This document shows, piece after piece, positions 58,628-64,000 of a stretch of DNA of 64,000 nucleotides. The DNA is from Polyangiaceae bacterium. GTDB lineage: Bacteria > Myxococcota_A > Polyangia > Polyangiales > Polyangiaceae. Made by a program: the position numbers and the translations under genes. Position 1 is the stretch's first letter. Every line of letters starts with the position of its first letter. A model generated the notes under the pieces. That model did not search any database, was not told where the DNA came from, and saw nothing but the letters and a program-made list of their open reading frames with translations. The stretch is taken from contig JBNKBE010000001.1 in NCBI GenBank assembly GCA_050287085.1, positions 288,001 through 352,000 of the forward strand. Reading direction: 5' to 3'.

Positions 58628-59690
58628 TGGTCGAAGCCGCCGTTGGTTTCGGCGCAGACGGCATAGCAGGCGCCTTGGGTGCCGTAGGCTTAGCCACCAC
58701 CGGCTTAGCCACCACCGGCTTGGCCGCCGCTGGGGTTCCCGACGCCTTCGCTGGCGCGTGGGCCGCGGGAGCCGCTGGCTTCGGGTAGATCTTGAGCAAC
58801 TCCACATCAAAGACGAGCTTGCCAGCTGGGCGACCGTGACCCGGATTCTCGCCATAAGCGAGCTCCGCGGGGATCCAGAAGCGCGTCTTCTCACCCTCCA
58901 CCATCAACTGCAGCCCCTCCGTCCACCCTGGGATCACGTGGTTGAGACCAAAGCTCGCAGGCCTGCCGCGCAATACGGAGCTATCAAACATCTTCCCGTC
59001 AAGCGTCCAGCCACTGTAGTTGACCTGAACTCGACTTTCCGCATCCGGATGAACAGTTCCTGTGCCCTTGGTCAGCACGTCATACACCAGTCCAGACTTG
59101 GTCTTCTTCGCCGTGGGAGGCGGAGCATCGAGATTGCTGGGAGCCTTGGGGGGATGCTTGATCTCGATCAATTCCACGTCAAATGTCAACTGCCCTGCGG
59201 GTCGCCCGCCCCGAGCCTCTTTCCCGTAGGCCAACTCCGCGGGGATCCAGAAGCGACGCTTTTCGCCCGGAGTCATGAGCTGCAGACCTTCGGTCCATCC
59301 TTTGATGACCTGCGTTACCCCAAAGGTTGCTGGTTGTTTGCGCAACACCGACGAATCGAACATCTTGCCGTCGCTGGTCCAGCCTGTGTAGTGAACGACA
59401 ACGCGATCCTCTGGCTGGGGCTTGTCCGTCCCTTGTCCCGCCTGCAGCACCACGCTGGCCAAACCGCTTGCCGTCTTCTCGGCACTTTCGGGAGCCGCCG
59501 CGACGTTGTCTGGCGCTGGCAGCGAGGGACGCTCGGCCTGACTTGCGCTTGCAGTAGCTGCAGCGCTGGTCGCGGCAGTGGCCGATGTAGCCGCTTGAGC
59601 CGCTGATTCTTCGGCAGCTGATTCTTTCTTCTTCGCGCAGGCCGAGGCAGCGATCACAACGGCAAGGGCGGCGATGGGCAAGGTCTTCAT
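58617..59690 (-). CDS. Tandem two-domain FKBP peptidyl-prolyl isomerase lipoprotein
   Basis: ASAC lipobox; two VxYxGWTxDGKMFDSS...VIxGWTEGLQLM...RFWIPAELAYG...FDVEL domains; AKPVV tail. Confidence 0.93.
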   Translation of the reverse strand: MKTLPIAALAVVIAASACAKKKESAAEESAAQAATSATAATSAAATASASQAERPSLPAPDNVAAAPESAEKTASGLASVVLQAGQGTDKPQPEDRVVVHYTGWTSDGKMFDSSVLRKQPATFGVTQVIKGWTEGLQLMTPGEKRRFWIPAELAYGKEARGGRPAGQLTFDVELIEIKHPPKAPSNLDAPPPTAKKTKSGLVYDVLTKGTGTVHPDAESRVQVNYSGWTLDGKMFDSSVLRGRPASFGLNHVIPGWTEGLQLMVEGEKTRFWIPAELAYGENPGHGRPAGKLVFDVELLKIYPKPAAPAAHAPAKASGTPAAAKPVVAKPVVAKPTAPKAPAMPSAPKPTAASTTAQ

Positions 59691-59821
59691 GGGGCCGGGA
59701 GTGTGAGCGAAGTGCGGACGACAATACAAGTGTTTCTTCAGCGTATACCTGGCGTGTCGCCCTACGACGCAGAACGCGTTGCCGCGCGCTCCGCGGCCGC
59801 CCCTCCAATAGCGCCCGCTTC

Positions 59822-61528
59822 TCAGCGAAATGACTTAGTGGCGAGCACTTTCGGCAGCGCGTACAAGCGAAAGTGGCGGCTCCGGCCGACAAGTGTGGAC
59901 TTTGGCAGGCGCCGGACTACCCGTCGAGACTGTGGGCCCGCCTGAGGACTGATGATGAGCCACCGCGCGCCCGCATCGAGTTTGGGCTGCAATGCGCGCC
60001 GCGTCACATGCCGAGCGTGGTCGGCCCAGCCGTGGCGCCGCGCCGCGAGCAGCGGCCACGGCTCTTGTTGCCATTCCGAAATGGCCACGACGAGTTCGCG
60101 CGAGCGCGTGTGCGCAGCCACGAGTTTGCGAAGTTCATCCCGGCGAGCGCGAGTCTTGTTCGGGGCCTCCGCGCGCTTGGTACGGTTGTCAAAGGCTTGT
60201 TCGCTGGTCTTCAGCGCGCCGTATAAGAGCGGCCCAAGCCCAAGTGCCGTCAGGGCTAGAAGCGCCGGAAGGGGCCTACGCCAACGACGAAGGCGCGGCC
60301 CAGCAATCATGATGCCAAGAGCAAGTCCTACCCCCAAGAGCCGCGCCGCAAGCGGCCAGGACTGCCGCATCAGCACTAGCCCCGCAAGGCCAACGCCACC
60401 TGCCAGGCGCGTCGGAAGTTCTTGACCAGGATTCAGCGTCAATAGATCGAAAAGGCCCCCCACCCCCAAGGCCGTGAAGTACCACACCGCGGGCAGCAAC
60501 AAGACCGCGTAGTAGTAGTGGCTTTCCAGCTTGTGACTGTAGGTGACGAACAGAAGTAGACAGCCGAACAACCACAAAAACCAGCAGGCAGCGCGAGCGC
60601 GTTCTTTCCCCGCTAGAGCCGCCAACGTCCCGATCACCGCAATCGGAACCGCGTCGCGCACCAGCGCATAGCGAAATACGACTCGCCGCAATACCCCCCC
60701 CAATTCAAACTCGCGCACGTTGCGGATGATGCGATGCAGATCGGGCGTACTGTGAAAATAGCGCCGCCCACCACCGTAGGCGCTATTGATGTGCTCGGAC
60801 CACAACATCCAAAGGCCCAGCAGAAGCAGGGGCATCACGAGTCGCCAGCTATGGTCGCGCAGCCACCGCCGAGGGGTGCTCCCGGGCTGCCACAACGCCA
60901 AGACGAAGGCGGGATAGACAAACACCAATGGGTACTTGGTGAGCACGCCAAGCGCGAAACACGCTGAAGCAAACCCCGCCCAGACGGGCCCGCGCGTCCG
61001 ACTTTCGTAGGCTAATACCAGCCCCAACGCGCCCAGCGCTGCCATCGGCAGATCCGGCATGCCTTGCCGCAGGTAGAAGAGCGTCATCGGCGAGAGCAAC
61101 AACCCGACAAGAAGGCCGAGCCAGGCGCCTGCCGCCGAGCGCCGGAGATGGTAAGCCATAGCCACGACCCCCGGAAGCGACAACGCCAAGACCACCCACC
61201 GGCCCACCTGCTCTTCGCGCCCAAACAGGCGGAGCCCGAGCGAGATGGCGTAGGGCACAATGGGTGCTTCCATGCCGTAGATGCCGGGCCCGCCCCGCGT
61301 GTCGTAGACGCGTGGATAGAAGAAATTGGGAAACGACAGAAAGTGCTCAGCGACGGAGAAGGTGTCCGCCTGTCGCCGCATGTGTTCGCCAGAAATCACC
61401 GTAGCCAGAGACGCGCCGAACTTGACCACCAGACTCGAAGCCAGCAGCAAAACTAGGCCAGCGACAAGCCAAGCTGTCGCGACTCGAAGCCGTCGCCCGC
61501 TCTGAACATCACCTGCTCGTAGCGTCAT
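59822..61528 (-). CDS. GT39/ArnT-like membrane glycosyltransferase
   Basis: HMRRQADT, MEAP, MPD, LGVLTK, HYYY, multiple TM segments. Confidence 0.8.
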   Translation of the reverse strand: MTLRAGDVQSGRRLRVATAWLVAGLVLLLASSLVVKFGASLATVISGEHMRRQADTFSVAEHFLSFPNFFYPRVYDTRGGPGIYGMEAPIVPYAISLGLRLFGREEQVGRWVVLALSLPGVVAMAYHLRRSAAGAWLGLLVGLLLSPMTLFYLRQGMPDLPMAALGALGLVLAYESRTRGPVWAGFASACFALGVLTKYPLVFVYPAFVLALWQPGSTPRRWLRDHSWRLVMPLLLLGLWMLWSEHINSAYGGGRRYFHSTPDLHRIIRNVREFELGGVLRRVVFRYALVRDAVPIAVIGTLAALAGKERARAACWFLWLFGCLLLFVTYSHKLESHYYYAVLLLPAVWYFTALGVGGLFDLLTLNPGQELPTRLAGGVGLAGLVLMRQSWPLAARLLGVGLALGIMIAGPRLRRWRRPLPALLALTALGLGPLLYGALKTSEQAFDNRTKRAEAPNKTRARRDELRKLVAAHTRSRELVVAISEWQQEPWPLLAARRHGWADHARHVTRRALQPKLDAGARWLIISPQAGPQSRRVVRRLPKSTLVGRSRHFRLYALPKVLATKSFR

Positions 61529-61565
61529 CGCTAGTCTGACGAAGAAGCGAACCAGCCCCGGGGGG

Positions 61566-62666
61566 TCAGTAGGGCAGTCCGGACACCGGTAGCTCCACGG
61601 AATACAACGCCCCGGTCGTCGTGATGAAAAGCGTCTTGCGCTCCGCACCTCCGAACGCAACATTGGTCACGTTGTGTTGTAGGCCGGATATCTCACCTGC
61701 GTGTGTACCGTCGGGATGAACGATCCGGACTCGCCTTCCGAGGTGCTCAGTGACGTAGATATTGCCGCTGCAATCGACCGAAAGCCCGTCCGGCACGGCG
61801 ATCCCATCAACCAAAATATGCCCGGGTCCGGGCTGCCCAGCCTCATCCAAGGGATAGCTCTTTAGGTACCCTGCTTCCAGATTGCCTGCCACGTAGAGCG
61901 TCCGCTCGTCCAGCGAAAGGGCGATGCCGTTGGGATTCTGAATCTCCGCGTCCACGATCGAAACGCTGCCATTGGCGTCCACCCGATAGACATTGGTCGT
62001 CGCCTGATCCTTGTGCTCCCCTGCCTGAAAGTCTGGATCTGTGAAGAACAGGGTCCCATCCGATCGAAACACGACGTCATTCGGCGAGTTGAAGGGCAAC
62101 CCCTGATAGGTCTGCGCGACGTGACGCTCCACGGCCCCCGTCGCGTCCAGTACAACCACACTCTTGGACTTGTGCCGCGCCCCAACCAGTCGCGAGCCCG
62201 TTGGATCCAACCCTAGCCCATTGGTTCCGCTGTCTTCAACGAAGACGCTGAGCGTCCCGCCCGGCTGATAGCGCAAGATACGAGACGGAAAGCCGGGTGT
62301 TGTCTTGAAGTCGGAAAAATACAAGGCGTCATCTAGCCAGACAGCGCCCTCGTAGAGATGGAACTCCGTATCTGCCGCCGACAGCGCGGTCGGCTCGGAA
62401 CCCGCGATCGGTTGAGCCACAAGAGCCCCAATCTGCACCGATGGCTGGACCGCCCCGCAGTACCGCGCGGCGGGACTCTCTCCGTTGGGTACGCCTACAC
62501 GCGACTCCTGAGACGACGGCTCCGACGCGGGCCCTGGAGATACTACGCCGGGCTGAGCAGCACCGTGACAGCCGGCGACAAGTACCGATAACACTGCCCA
62601 GCGGGCAGAGCACACCACCGCGCAAGCCCCCCCCCGCGGACGCACATTCCACTCGTAACAATTCAT
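61566..62666 (-). CDS. SMP-30/gluconolactonase family lipoprotein (start uncertain)
   Basis: EGAVW, NGL, FNSPND, FTDP, PNGIALS, PDGLSVDCSGNIYV, TNVAFGG. Confidence 0.92.
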   Translation of the reverse strand: MNCYEWNVRPRGGACAVVCSARWAVLSVLVAGCHGAAQPGVVSPGPASEPSSQESRVGVPNGESPAARYCGAVQPSVQIGALVAQPIAGSEPTALSAADTEFHLYEGAVWLDDALYFSDFKTTPGFPSRILRYQPGGTLSVFVEDSGTNGLGLDPTGSRLVGARHKSKSVVVLDATGAVERHVAQTYQGLPFNSPNDVVFRSDGTLFFTDPDFQAGEHKDQATTNVYRVDANGSVSIVDAEIQNPNGIALSLDERTLYVAGNLEAGYLKSYPLDEAGQPGPGHILVDGIAVPDGLSVDCSGNIYVTEHLGRRVRIVHPDGTHAGEISGLQHNVTNVAFGGAERKTLFITTTGALYSVELPVSGLPY

Positions 62667-62704
62667 TCGTCCTCATTAACACGTTCGGAGCTAAACTCCA
62701 CGCC

Positions 62705-64000
62705 ATGCGCGTCGTGCTGCTCTACCCGCCACCGTGGAAGATCCCAGAGCCGTCTGAAGCCGCCGATCTGCTGGACGGTCCCCCACCTGACTACCAGCCG
62801 GGTGATCTCGACGCCGATTTTCATCAGACGCCCTACGGCCTATTTTCGCTCGCCGCGCAGGCCATTCGCGCCGGGCACCAGGTCAAGGTCCTCAACCTGA
62901 GCACTTTCACCTGGAAGCAGACGATGGAGACGCTCGACGCGCTGGAGGCTGAGGTCTTCGGTATGTCGTGCTGGACGGCCAATCGCCGCGGCGTCGGCTT
63001 GATCGCCAGCGCCCTCAAGGAGCGGCACCCGGCGTGCACAATCGTCGTAGGAGGACCCCACGCATCCCCGCTGGCCAGCGAGCTGCTCGAACACATGCCG
63101 GCCGTCGATCTGGTCTCGGTAGGCGAAAGCGAGCCCCAATTCCTGACGCTGCTCAGCCTCAAAGCACAAGGGAAGCCCCTACGGCACATCCCGGGAACGT
63201 ATTTCAGGGATGGCGACGCGATCGTGGCGGGTCCCAAACAACCGGCGATCGCCAACTTGGACGAGCTCGAGTCTCCCCACAAGCACTTCGCCACCCATAT
63301 CGTGATGACCAGTCGCGGCTGCCCCTGGCAATGCACCTTCTGCGGCGCCGAAACCACTTGGGGACGGGGATTCCGTGGCCAATCGATCGACTACGTGCTC
63401 GACGCCATCGAGAATGCTCTCGCTCGCGTACCGGTCCGCATGTTGCTGATCAAGGACGATACGTTTACCGCAAACAAGAAGCGTGCGCTGGCTCTATGCG
63501 AAGGGATCCGGAAGCGAAAACTGAACTTCCTTTGGAGCTGCGATACGCGGGTGGACGTTCTGACGCCGGAGCTGCTTCACGCCATGAGACTGGCGGGCTG
63601 CCAACGGCTGAGCCTAGGGGTGGAATCTGGGAGTCCCCAAATTCTGAAGGCTATCGACAAGAAGCTCACACCGGAGAAGATACTGCGCGCAACCGAAATG
63701 GCCAAAGCCGTCGGCATCCAAGTGCGCTTCTACATGATGCTCGGCAACCGCGGCGAAACGCGGGAAAGCTTTGAGGAAACGCTACGCTTTCTGGAAGACA
63801 GTAAGCCCCATCAGTATCTATTCTCGTGTCTATCCATCTATCCCGGCACCGTGGACTTTCACGACGCCGAACGCGCCGGCTGGCTCGATCGCGACGTTTA
63901 CTTCACACAACCTTTTCAGGAACTCAAAGTTCCCTTTGATGTGAGTGAAGAAGACAGCCGGCATTTTTCGCGCTGGTTCGAAGAGCATAAGGGGCTGCAT
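62705..64000 (+). CDS. B12-binding radical SAM protein; runs off window end
   Basis: Missing from the ORF track. MRVVLLYPPPWKIP...PYGLFSLAAQ...VVGGPHA...TSRGCPWQCTFCG (Cx3Cx2C)...DDTFT...LGVESGS. Confidence 0.9.
   Translation, partial: MRVVLLYPPPWKIPEPSEAADLLDGPPPDYQPGDLDADFHQTPYGLFSLAAQAIRAGHQVKVLNLSTFTWKQTMETLDALEAEVFGMSCWTANRRGVGLIASALKERHPACTIVVGGPHASPLASELLEHMPAVDLVSVGESEPQFLTLLSLKAQGKPLRHIPGTYFRDGDAIVAGPKQPAIANLDELESPHKHFATHIVMTSRGCPWQCTFCGAETTWGRGFRGQSIDYVLDAIENALARVPVRMLLIKDDTFTANKKRALALCEGIRKRKLNFLWSCDTRVDVLTPELLHAMRLAGCQRLSLGVESGSPQILKAIDKKLTPEKILRATEMAKAVGIQVRFYMMLGNRGETRESFEETLRFLEDSKPHQYLFSCLSIYPGTVDFHDAERAGWLDRDVYFTQPFQELKVPFDVSEEDSRHFSRWFEEHKGLH

Noticed and set aside
62968..63774. 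268-aa plus-strand ORF from the track
   Set aside because: Alternative frame of the radical SAM gene starting at 62705

Overview
High-GC bacterial window, most consistent with a myxobacterium (Polyangiales-like). Supporting genes are a PEGA/TPR protein, a giant Cys-repeat lipoprotein, a DUF1552/DUF1592 pair and a Hanks-type Ser/Thr kinase. Core content: an N-terminal fragment of a peptide ABC substrate-binding gene, parvulin plus SMUG1-type UDG, and a doxX-ECF sigma (SigG/ECF56-like)-VOC module with two matching CGATGA-N18-GTC promoters. It also has a nonulosonic-acid (neuA-pseG fusion, neuB) cluster, a complete nqrABCDEF-apbE-nqrM operon and a lipoprotein-TlpA-DUF6029-like barrel operon. Further genes are a CDF transporter, suhB, gor, Wzx/GT4/DegT, translationally coupled copA-lhr, a tandem FKBP, GT39, a gluconolactonase and a truncated B12-radical SAM gene. 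The most notable accessory stretch (about 7.8-11.3 kb) looks like a decaying integron-type cassette array with no integrase in view. It has two attC-like palindromes, each just downstream of a minus-strand gene (a frameshifted Yip1-signal peptidase I lacking its catalytic Ser, and an Rx4H HEPN protein), capped by an IS1182-family transposase remnant. All family assignments come from motif recognition by eye; no searches were run.
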